Positions 53,408-64,000 of a DNA stretch of 64,000 nucleotides are shown piece by piece. The stretch is taken from NCBI RefSeq assembly GCF_006345805.1, contig NC_043023.1:21142001-21206000 (forward strand), given 5' to 3'. A program made the translations under genes and the position numbers. The stretch is from Octopus sinensis. Its lineage: Eukaryota. Position 1 is the stretch's first letter. Each line of letters opens with the position of its first letter. The notes under the pieces were generated by a model that saw only the letters and a list, made by a program, of their open reading frames with translations, was not told the origin of the DNA and did not search any database.

Positions 53408-53712
53408 AAGAAGAAAAAAGATAATAATAATTAATTCGCTTATTCGCCACAAGGGCTAACAAAAATCAATTATACCATAAAGGGACAAAACACAGGACTA
53501 AAGTTACAAAGTGTTTTTCCGTTTGAAAAATCCGTGTAAAAATCAGTGTAACAACGAACATATTTAATGTCACAAACTTTTGGGGGAATCGGTCTAGTCG
53601 ATTACATCGACCCCAGAGTATAACTGGTGCTTATTACATTGACCCAACCCCAAATAATGCATCTGTTTTATATACATGCAATTAAGTGCAATAAATTTGT
53701 TTTCATTTGCAG

Positions 53713-53840
53713 ATGTAAACGAGTGTAGAAGGAGTTTTCGATGCGGTAGATACGGGAAATGCGTCAACACAATAGGGTCCTACAAATGTTTGTGTAAACC
53801 AGGGTTCCGTTTCAATGGGAGAACATGTGTTCGTAGATAA
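53713..53840 (+). CDS. Terminal calcium-binding EGF exon 4 ([42 protein letters not shown])
   Basis: Acceptor tttgttttcatttgcAG; DVNEC cbEGF consensus; in-frame TAA at 53838-53840. No further EGF exon was seen downstream. Confidence 0.9.
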
Positions 53841-54229
53841 AGCACACAACAACAACAAAACGTGTAAGTATAAGTAATTGGGTTGAATTCTTCGGGGTTT
53901 GGATAATTCACCTTTGGAATCGTGGGTGTTTCGTTCAACATCCTTAAACAACCCTTATTCAGGAAATTTTTTAAAGGGATAGGCTACTCGACCAAAAGAA
54001 AATTCTAACTGGGCCCTCCCCTCCCCAGAAAGGTCAGGTGCTATTTATCTTCATATGAGGTCACCATGTCGCGCACATATGGTTGTGATGCATATGCCTG
54101 GTCTACCCTTATCAGACGGGTATTCATGATGGGTATACTTGGCTTCTTATATTTTACCCCAGTGTCACTTTGATGGCATGCACTGCTCTCTAACTCAATA
54201 ATAATAATATAATAATAATAATAATAATA

Positions 54230-54344
<115 letters not shown>

Positions 54345-54709
54345 GTAATAAGCCATTCTACTATGGGAACAAGGCTTGAACTTTGTGGAGGAGGTGGTGA
54401 AGTGGATTACATAGACCCCAGTCTAGAACTAGTTCTTAATTCATCGATCCCGAAGGACGAAAGGCAAAGTTGATCTCGGCGGGATTTTAACCCAAAACAT
54501 TAATACGGTCGACTTGCCTCCAAGCATTTTGTCCGGCGTGTTAACGATTCGTCCGTCCTTGACTGGTACTTATTTTATCGACCGCGGAGGGCTGAAAGGA
54601 AAAGTCGACCTCGGTGGAATTTGAAATCAGTACGTTAAATGAACGGGCAAAATGTCGCCAAGCATTTTACCCGGCGTGTTAATGACTCTGCCATCTCACC
54701 GCCTTCACC

Positions 54710-54749
<40 letters not shown>

Positions 54750-55560
54750 TGGTTCTAAGTTTTGACGTTTCAGTATATCTACTAAAATTTTCTTCTCAAG
54801 TAATATGCAGGAGAGATATCATCACCACTGCTTTGGCAAGATATGTATGGATCCTGAAAGAACCCACCGCACAATATTACATTAAGTGGAGTCTGTCAGA
54901 GTAGAACAGACTTAGCTGAACATCAGAAGGTTCTGAAAATTCTGTTTACCAGGGAAAGGAAACAGTAACATATCCCGCCACCCCTGAACTATTCAAATGA
55001 GCGTTTCTTATCTTGACCTCCTGAACGCAAGATTATAATAAACCCTTTTGTGGGATGCTCCATTAGTATAGCGTTCGCTTCTTACATTTTTGTATATTGT
55101 TACATATTTTTTAAATTTTTGCTTATATTTATTTATTTGTGTCTTATTTTCAGGTATCGGCTAATTTTAACGAATTTTAAAATATTCCCAGCAGGAAATA
55201 TCTGTCGGTCACATTCCTAGCAAGACATCTCCCGCCTGATTTATCTCCGTATGACCTACATCGCCAGTTATTACCAGGTTATCTTCGATGAAGTTTACAG
55301 AGAAGACTATCCCCTCATCCAAATATCTCAATTATATCTTAGTACTATATTAACGTAATTTAGCTTTCTCTGATCATTATATTAATTGAATATATTAATT
55401 AATAAATAAAAGGTTATTTTAATCAAAAAATCGTTTGGCTCTCTGACTTTTATTGAGTAACATTTCGGCGTTTGTTCTACTTTAATTTCAAACACACACA
55501 CACACACACACAAACATATATATATGTCTGTGTGTTTGTGTGTGTGCGTGTGCGTGCCCG

Positions 55561-55594
<34 letters not shown>

Positions 55595-55695
55595 CGTGAC
55601 TGTCTTTTTATGTGCTTGAATGTGTTTATATAGATAGATATATACAATGATGTGTACACACAGACAGAAATATTTCAGTTCCGATATGCAAATTC

Positions 55696-55780
<85 letters not shown>

Positions 55781-55865
55781 ATCAACCAAATTGTTTTGCT
55801 ATTAGTGCCTTATTTTTAGTGTAACCACCTTTGAAAGACATCGACTTACCTTTAGACTGAAAAAA

Positions 55866-56213
55866 GGGGTTTAAATAACGGTTATCTCCCTTCCTCTGTT
55901 TGGAGTTGGTGTATAAATTAAAACTGATATCGTTTATATCCTTACAGCTAGATTTCATGTCTCCCTTACTAAAGGTAGAATAAGATTGAATGCAATCAAT
56001 GTAGATAACTTTATCTGTATAAACTGCTTTAAGTAAGGCAGGGGTACAAAATTGAGCCTTGTCGTTAAAAGTGCCTACATAGGCAGAGAACTTAGAAAAT
56101 CTAAATGAAATATTCTTAACTAAGTTCTTAGTGATCGCCTTAGAATGATTATTTAATTGGCTAATATACTTAAGGTTGGTCGATTGTTTGTGGTATGGGA
56201 CGTAAGAATTATT
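55866..56213 (-). pseudogene. Penelope-like element RT thumb/linker fragment
   Basis: Hand translation: NNSYVPYHKQSTNLKYISQLNNHSKAITKNLVKNISFRFSKFS...FNDKAQF...QRKGDNRYLNP. This resembles the PLE consensus Y.PY.K....L.Y....SNHP....KNL.KNIS.R.S.LS...RK...WFNPP. Confidence 0.7.
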
Positions 56214-56495
56214 GCGTAAGTTAAGTTGGCTTTCGTTACATCATCCTAAAGACAATGCCTAAACCCATTCTACGGAAAAAAAAACTTAACTGAAGTATTC
56301 TTAACATTTTGTACTTTTTGGTCAGAAACATTTTTGAGGTAAAGTAAACAATCAACACGATATAGACCTCTGTTGATGTTTGGGAACTGGTCTGCCATTT
56401 CAGAAAGTATATATATTCAGACCAAATCAGTTACTTGTGCTGAAGCAGATCTTCCCATCGTGATATCAAAACCATCGGGTGTGTCTTTATGGACC

Positions 56496-56551
<56 letters not shown>

Positions 56552-56570
56552 CACGCGCATACGTTCATGA

Positions 56571-56616
<46 letters not shown>

Positions 56617-56994
56617 TTTATATATATATATCTCAGAGGCGATTCAGTGTCACACGGGCTCATCACAGATTTCATACAAGACACATTTCTACTCGAAGAA
56701 TTTCACGTTTTCCCGCTTTATTTCTAGCCCCAAATGGCTTATTTTTTCACATCTAACGCTATGTCTTTCTCCGTTTCTAAGTTAAGGATTACAAGAAAGC
56801 AACCCTGCAAAACACAACTGATTTTTGCGCACAAATGCACAGAATAACAGCAATCAAATTACGACAGCAGAGTGCACAAGCAAACACCAGCGATCTGACT
56901 GTCGCTTGTAATCTTGACAAGAGATGCCAGTTTCTCCTTTACACCTTCCAGGCTCGTTCCTATTAGCCCGAGTTGCTGGATAAATTTTCGTTCC

Positions 56995-57410
56995 GGGTCT
57001 TTTCTGTTTGAACGGCAGTTTTTTAAAATAATTTCCACGTAACTAAACACTTTTAAACTTCGTATACTGATAGAATGTGTTTATAAAACATCTTTTTCTC
57101 TTGGCTTTATTGAGAAAATTCTATAGTATGTAAGATATTTGTTGTTGTTTTTTTCTTCAATTTCTGTAATTTCAACCAATCAGTGACGTCTATTGAGGTA
57201 AAAAAAACATTCTGTGTCGTATGAATATGTCCCTCGTTTAAGAAACAGATTGGGTTTCTTTACATTTCTGAAGAAAAACAGATACCCTTCCCTCACCCCT
57301 AACCCTAAAACAGATTGAAATGCAATAGATCGATACTAGGGTCATAACTATGGGTGACAATTTCATATGCCACCGCTAGAAAAAAACTGCCGTTCAAACC
57401 GAAAAGATCC
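56995..57410. mobile_element. MITE with ~30-bp TIRs and 8-bp TSD (hAT-like)
   Basis: TIR GG(A/G)TCTTTTC(G/T)GTTTGAACGGCAGTTTTTT; TSD TTCGTTCC at 56987-56994 and 57411-57418. Confidence 0.85.
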
Positions 57411-57805
57411 TTCGTTCCTTTAAGAATATTACAGAGCGGAAACTTTTCATGGATTTTAATTTAAATATTAATCTCTCTAAAAATTTATAGTTTCAAGAAA
57501 ACATTGCATTTGAATTAATTTTAATTTTTACGATTATTGATAAGAACTCGGGATGTAACTTCTGAGACCGAGTCAGGCGCGTGTGAACGATGTCGAGAGA
57601 ACGTCTGCTACGAATGATATTTTGACACAGACGGTGAACGAAAATAAACCAACAGCGACCAGGCTCAATAAAAGGAGCACGAGTTATTGGCTACAATTAC
57701 ATACTTGAAGTCAGTGTTGGCAGAAATGAAATCAGCTTATAAATACACGTCCACCTTATTACATTTATATTCGGGCTAAGCTCGAACAGCCCGAGTGCCG
57801 GAGTC

Positions 57806-57843
<38 letters not shown>

Positions 57844-58057
57844 CAATATAAGCAACGAGAATATCCAAAGGTAGTGTAGTTTACTCGTTTCATGCTACTT
57901 CATTTAATTAAACAATGTAAATATTACGTCAGTTTTAAAATGTAGAGCACGCTTCAGCCACATATGGACATTTTAAATTAAATCGACAATATTCATTTTT
58001 ATACTTATTCCATTTTCCAACATTACAAAGAGGGTAGATATATAGACAGAGAGATGA

Positions 58058-58151
<94 letters not shown>

Positions 58152-58183
58152 ATCTATCTATCTATCTTTCTATATACCTATAT

Positions 58184-58269
<86 letters not shown>

Positions 58270-58279
58270 ATATATATAT

Positions 58280-59333
58280 AATTAGTGAATGGAATAAAGG
58301 ATATGTAATCTTTGTAACTCTGAGCTTTTCCACATATTGTTCGCCAGAGGCCGTTTGGTAAACGGGCTTTTACAGACTGCTTTTCGATGTCCCCATTGGC
58401 GGCGTCATACGTTTCTTACATATAAATGATACCTAAGACAATTAACACCTTGATATCCTAATAAAAGGAAATAAATTTTGAAAAAATTTTTTTTGAAAAA
58501 AATCTCTGAACAATTTTTGCAAGGGGAAATTACTCCCCTTGGGCGATTGGTCGGTTTTTAGAAGCAAGGGCAGGAGTTATATACCCCTCTGATTTTTGGC
58601 GATGTTAATTTAGATAAGCAGGCCACTGACGGACACACGAACACAGAATTATTTCAGCCGCCTGACCGGCTATTTTCAGCAGTGCTCACTATCTCGCGCC
58701 CCACGCATACACAGGCTAGCATACACACACATGCATGTAGGTAGGTAGTGTCTCGCACCTAAATAATACACCCTGAATTCTTAAAATATTCAGAGCTTTA
58801 ATTTTGGTTACACAGAATATCTTCACACCCCTTGTTTTCATTAATTCCTCACCTACTAGATTTGACCGCGGCCTGACCTTGATTTATTCCAACGGACCTT
58901 TTTGTCGGCCTCCACCAACCCCCCGATTTCAACGTATATTGAGAAACAGTTTGCCCCAATACATGGGCTCTTAAGGAGCGTTATTGTTCGAATTGCTTGC
59001 TGCGCCTTTGTTTTTGTTTGGACATCGTAATTCCTGGATTTTCCTGAAGAGAAAGCTGCAATATGGTATCCTTATTCAATCAGAATTTGGAAAATTGTGG
59101 CCTTTGAAACATGTGTAGAATGTAATAAAAGGAATTCTGTACAGTCTTCGTTCAACTCCATTTCTTCCATTCACTAATTATATTAAACTTCAATTACCCG
59201 CACAAACGCACGGTTGCAACACCCTATGGTCATAACTCCAACCATGTTTTTTCTGCTGTGATTTTTGCTACCCAGGTATCGGTTAAACTTTTAAATAATC
59301 TGTAACAAGATAATTCATCTTTCCATTTCAACA

Positions 59334-59335
<2 letters not shown>
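58280..59335. mobile_element. ~1-kb non-coding PLE-type element with inverted ends and HHR
   Basis: AATTAGTGAATGGAA (58280) is inverted to TTCCATTCACTAATT (59179); HHR at 59029-59136; flanked by (AT)n. Confidence 0.5.
59029..59136 (+). ncRNA. Probable type I hammerhead ribozyme, same family as 20860-20960
   Basis: TTC-CTGAAGA-GAAAGCTGCAAT(insert)ATTGTGGCCTTT-GAA-ACATGTGT-A-GAA. Proximal stem I is only 3 bp, with a distal AATTCCT/AGGAATT pairing. Confidence 0.6.
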
Positions 59336-59379
<44 letters not shown>

Positions 59380-59443
59380 CGGTGCCCCAGCATGGCCACA
59401 GCTCGTGAGATGAAACTAGATAAAATAAAAATAAAATAATATA

Positions 59444-59504
<61 letters not shown>

Positions 59505-59505
<1 letters not shown>

Positions 59506-62500
59506 ATAAATATTAGGGAATAAATCCAAATTTACAGGGAAAAAAATCAGATTTAGGATTAAATCCAATTTTATAGTAAAATATTATAAAATATTATAAA
59601 ATATTATAAAATATTATTTATAATATAGGAGCTAATTGTTGTTATTTATGCTCTAATGAGTTTAAAGAAATTTTATTTTATAAGTATGATAATTTACTTA
59701 ATACTGGTGAAGAGCGCAAAATAAAATGCAGACACAAGTTACTTTACCTATATAATAAGTTTCATGATAAATAGCAATAATAGTTCCCTTTTAGGTTACT
59801 TTAGTTTAGTTTAAATTAGTTTAGATAATATATTTTTGGTTATGTTGTCTAGGCTTTAATTATAGTTAGTCTTTATTGATATTTCTTTGTTTTAATTAGT
59901 TCATTTTTAATGTATATTAATTTAACAGTTTATGGTACGTTAAAACTTTAATAATTTATATTAGATTTTTTTATTTTTTTATTTTTATTTTTATTTTATT
60001 TTATTATGTATTTTTATTTTGCATTTGTTATATGTATTGGAGGATATATTTATATGTTTTGGGTGTTATTTAGTGGTGTTTTTATTGAGTTTTGTATGTA
60101 TGTGTGAATGTTTAAGATCCCTTTGTATTTTGTTTTTTATTTGTATGTTGAATTGACAGATTTTATTTGGGTATTGTCTTTTATAATAAAGTACACACAC
60201 CCATAACAAATATAAGTGCCCACTTCATTCGTTGTACTTGGGATTGCATGTGAGCCTCAGCATATGCACCTAACGGCCACTCCCGCCCCACATGGATAAA
60301 TAAACACATACATCCCCAAAAATGGGAGTAATCCCATTCACACCAATTATATGTATACAATTATACACACTAGAATAATATATAACTAACCCAAATATAC
60401 AGAACATACTAATAATCACCAACTAACCACCATCATAAATGAAACCCACACCCATACAATGACAAAACTCCCCCCCATACCCTATTTACACCCACATAGT
60501 AATCCCAATATATTCATCCATACATGGACGCAAGTGCGTGAAGCACATGCACATAATTAGTACGTACAACCCCTAATACACACTAATATATACGTATCAA
60601 GCTCGACCTCCACAGCGATACGTTTACACCCACTCACACCCAGATGGGTGAATTGCACAACCAGTGAATGCTCACACACACGGGCGCGATTACATTGTTG
60701 CATATATCGAGCCAAAATAGTATGCATATGTACATGTGAGGGGTACACGCAAATGAAGTGAGCGTGTACCCCCTGCATTTATACCCGTGCGTGAATATAC
60801 ACATGGAGACTACCACATAGGTACAAATTGTTTAGAAATGGGAGCCCCATCACTACACTTAATGTATACTCTCACCCATCCGCACGGATGTGTAAGTGTA
60901 TCTCCGGTGTATATGTTGAGGCTTATATGTAGCGTTGTGGAAGGGAACGTCGTTTAAATTGTGAATGAATAGGTGGAGTTGGGAATTGTAACCGGGTGGT
61001 GGACTAGCGTTGCTTGGAATTGTGAATGGATTAGTGTGGTAGTGAGGTATGCATCGAGAATAGTTATGGGTTACTGTAAGTTGTTTGTTAGAGCTGCTAG
61101 GGTGAGCTAAAGCTCATAAATGTATATAATGATTTTCATGGTAGTTTTTATAGAATCCATTCATAATAAATTTTTTTAAGTAGCGTTGGTTTGCTACGTG
61201 ATATAGTTTTTAGTTCCATTTATTATATTTCTCCATTCATATTTTGAATGACGTTTACTTTCTATGGCGCGTATTCTTTTTTTACATAAGTTATTTCTAT
61301 GGTAACGTAATTTTTGTTTGGTTTTTTAACGGCTAAGAATTTAATTTCACTTCATAATTTGTAACTGAATTGTAAGTATGTATTTGATTTATCCTTATGT
61401 CATATTGTTATTTTTGATATTCTGGTTAATTACGATGTATTTAATGTTGTTTTCATAGGAGTGTTTATGTATATGAGATTGGTTGTGAGTTTTTAGTTGT
61501 ATAATTAATTTATTTATCTGTATGAGTGTGGGTGTGTAAATATTGTTGTATATATCGAGTTTAGTGAGTATGTATATGCGTATATGTGAGGGAGTATATG
61601 TATCTGTTGTGTGTGTGTGTTTTGCGTGTGTGTGTGTTTGTGTGTGAATGTGTATTTGGGTTTGTTATTTAGGTTTTGGGATGTATGTGTTAATTTGTCT
61701 GTGTGGGAGGGAGTGGGTTTTGGTGTATTTTGAGGTTTATAAGTTAGTATAGGTTTGTGTATAAGTCTTGGGTCTGTGGTTTACGTGTGTGTATTTGTGT
61801 GTGAATGTTTAGGTTAGGGGGATTGCTATATAAGTTTGTTATAGGGTTTAGCAAAGGGAGATTTTATCGTTATATGCTTTTATGAGTTTTGGTTTATCAT
61901 GGTTTTTTTTAGGTAATTCGTGGTAATTTGTCTATTTTCGATGTTGGTTATTTTTTTACATTGTTTCATTCATAATTTTTGAGTGGTGTTCGTTTTGCCA
62001 CGTGCATAACCGGGTGGTGGACTAGCGTTGCTTGGAATGTGAATGGAATAGTGTAGTAGTGAGGTAGGCATAGAGAATGGGATTGGGTTACTGCAAGTTG
62101 TTTGTTAGAGCTGCTAAGCTGAGTTAAAGCTCATAAATGTATTTAATGATTTTTGTGGGTGTGTAAGTATTGTTGTATATGTCGAGTTTAGTGAGTATGT
62201 ATATGCGTATATGTGAGGGAGTATATGTATCTGTTGTGTGTGCGTGTTTTGCGTGTGTGTGTGTGTTTGTGTGTGAATGTGTATATGGGTTTGTTATTTA
62301 GGTTTTGGGATGTATGTGTTAATTTGTCTGTGTGGGGAGGGAGTGGGTTTTGGTGTATATTGAGGTTTATAAGTTAGTATAGGTATGTGTATAAGTCGTG
62401 GGTCTGTGGTTTACGTGTGTGTATTTGTGTGTGAATGTTTAGGTTAGGGGGATTACTATATAGGTTTGTTTTAGAATTTAGCAAAGGGAGATTTTATCGT

Positions 62501-62825
62501 TATATGTTTTTAAGAGTTTTGTTTTATCATGGTTTTTTTTAGGGAATTCGTGGTAATTTGTCTATATTTTCGATATGGATTATATATAGGTTATATATGG
62601 ATTATATACTTATATTTTTTCATTTATACTTTAATTATTTAAAATTATTATTTTTATATTTTAAAATTTTGATTTTTTAGATTGGAAGTCCACCTGAAGA
62701 TTGTCGATCAAGACAAGAAACGATTGTAGTGGCGGTTTTTTTGACTATTTATTAAAATTTTATGTATTGATTAAGTCTTTCCTTGTTTGCTTTGCAAAAT
62801 AGTGGTTTTGTCTCTAATAATATTT
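59505..62825. mobile_element. Decayed Penelope-like composite element with strong strand skew, internal duplication and terminal HHR
   Basis: Ends are shared with 27278-27565. 60990-61135 repeats at 62009-62155 and 61530-61960 repeats at 62157-62575. GT/CA skew switches near 60180 and 60830. HHR at 62690. Confidence 0.55.
62690..62732 (+). ncRNA. Minimal type I hammerhead ribozyme in PLE-type terminal repeat
   Basis: CCAC-CTGAAGA-TTGTC(GATCAA)GACAA-GAA-ACGATTGT-A-GTGG; near-palindromic stem III; predicted cut after 62728. Confidence 0.85.
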
Positions 62826-62857
<32 letters not shown>

Positions 62858-63088
62858 TATAATTAATCAATATAGGGTGGCAAAAAAAATTTTGTAGAAT
62901 TCCTTTTGCCACCAGCGGCCTAGTGGGAAAAAATTAAATAGTCACAGACCATTTTTAAGTTCAACATCAACAATCAAGGAACGGCCATAATAGGCCATTC
63001 ACCCACTAGAAATAACAGCCAAAGCTTCAACCGCAAATAAAGATTAATTCCGTAAACAGGAGAAAATTTAAAAAACATTTACCCTGTA

Positions 63089-63195
63089 ATTTCTTGTACG
63101 ATGTACCGTTTCATCTGCTGTTTAATGGTAAACTAACCTGATTAAATTAAATCAAGCCAATCTTCCATAGGCCCTCAGATTCTTCAGCAAGAAAT
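63089..63195 (-). ncRNA. Type I hammerhead ribozyme in 490-bp repeat, unit 1
   Basis: Minus strand: ATTTCTTG-CTGAAGA-ATCTG(~58-nt insert)CAGAT-GAA-ACGG(TACA)TCGT-A-CAAGAAAT. Stem I 8 bp, stem II 5 bp, stem III 4 bp, intact core; predicted cut between 63097 and 63096. Confidence 0.9.
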
Positions 63196-63579
63196 AGCCA
63201 AGTCGGAACAGATATTTTCACGAGGCATTTCCGACCCTGCCAAGGCAATATCTGACCTAAAATTTTCAAATCGTCGCACTCGCGCCAAATTTATCGGCAG
63301 CAAATAAATATAAGCCGCCGATTCCATTACGGAATTAACCAGAAAATCCATAATTAATCAATATAGGGTGGCAAAAAAAATTTTGTAGAATTCCTTTTGC
63401 CACCAGCGGCCTAGTGGGAAAAAATTAAATAGTCACAGACCATTTTTAAGTTCAACATCAACAATCAAGGAACGGCCATAATAGGCCATTCACCCACTAG
63501 AAATAACAGCCAAAGCTTCAACCGCAAATAAAGATTAATTCCGTAAACAGGAGAAAATTTAAAAAACATTTACCCTGTA

Positions 63580-63686
63580 ATTTCTTGTACGATGTACCGT
63601 TTCATCTGCTGTTTAATGGTAAACTAACCTGATTAAATTAAATCAAGCCAATCTTCCATAGGCCCTCAGATTCTTCAGCAAGAAAT
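63580..63686 (-). ncRNA. Type I hammerhead ribozyme in 490-bp repeat, unit 2
   Basis: Same sequence as the unit-1 HHR, shifted by 491 nt; predicted cut between 63588 and 63587. Confidence 0.9.
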
Positions 63687-64000
63687 AGCCAAGTCGGAAC
63701 AGATATTTTCACGAGGCATTTCCGACCCTGCCAAGGCAATATCTGACCTAAAATTTTCAAATCGTCGCACTCGCGCCAAATTTATCGGCAGCAAATAAAT
63801 ATAAGCCGCCGATTCCATTACGGAATTAACAGAAAATCCATAATTAATCAATATAGGGTGGCAAAAAAAATTTTGTAGAATTCCTTTTGCCACCAGCGAC
63901 CTAGTGGGAAAAAATTAAATAGTCACAGACCATTTTTAAGTTCAACATCAACAATCAAGGAACGGCCATAATAGGCCATTCACCCACTAGAAATAACAGC

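Larger units (their letters stand above)
62860..64000 (-). repeat. Head-to-tail ~490-bp tandem array (2.3 units visible, runs off the window) with one HHR per complete unit; retrozyme/ribozyme-satellite-like
   Basis: Units start at 62860, 63351 and 63841. By eye they differ by only a 1-nt indel and one substitution. The array begins directly after an (AT)n tract. Confidence 0.92.

Noticed and set aside
59640-62680. Strongly skewed AT-rich region as a mitochondrial insertion/control region
   Set aside because: No mitochondrial gene, tRNA or rRNA motif recognised; the ends match a nuclear HHR-bearing repeat family.
63202-63254. Pseudoknot-like pairing GTCGGAA/TTCCGAC with CAGATATT/AATATCTG in the 490-bp unit, in HDV-like order on the + strand
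   Set aside because: No P3 hairpin, P1.1 polarity reversed and J4/2 too short for the catalytic C-N-A-A; kept only as possible structure.

Overview
AT-rich, repeat-saturated animal genomic DNA. The (AT)n/(AAT)n/(GT)n density and the tRNA-derived SINE families resemble an octopus/cephalopod genome (inference from pattern recognition, not a database hit). Most ORFs in the supplied track are microsatellite read-throughs. Three things stand out. (1) At 62860-64000 there is a ~490-bp head-to-tail array of near-identical units. Each complete unit carries a canonical type I hammerhead ribozyme (HHR) on the minus strand, i.e. a retrozyme/ribozyme-satellite-like system predicted to yield 491-nt self-cleaved monomers. 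At least five other unrelated HHR sequence families occur in Penelope-like (PLE) inverted-repeat elements sitting in (AT)n tracts, and a PLE RT fragment is present at 55.9-56.2 kb. (2) A plus-strand multi-exon gene missed by the ORF track (47393-53840, six exons with canonical, phase-matched splice sites) encodes an extremely Arg-rich EMI-EGF-cbEGF-EGF-cbEGF module (60 basic vs 3 acidic residues in 219 aa). It is probably spliced to an Asp/Glu-rich exon at 43356-43869 (66 acidic residues) of almost equal and opposite charge; its 5' end was not found and may lie in or beyond the N-gap. (3) Many R4/Dong-type RLE LINE fragments and a ~550-bp non-autonomous partner family are embedded in (AAT)n tracts. 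Also present: a decayed L1/Tx1 element, Tc1/mariner fragments, MITEs and four tRNA-derived SINE families. All ribozyme folds and splice models were done by hand and need computational and experimental confirmation.
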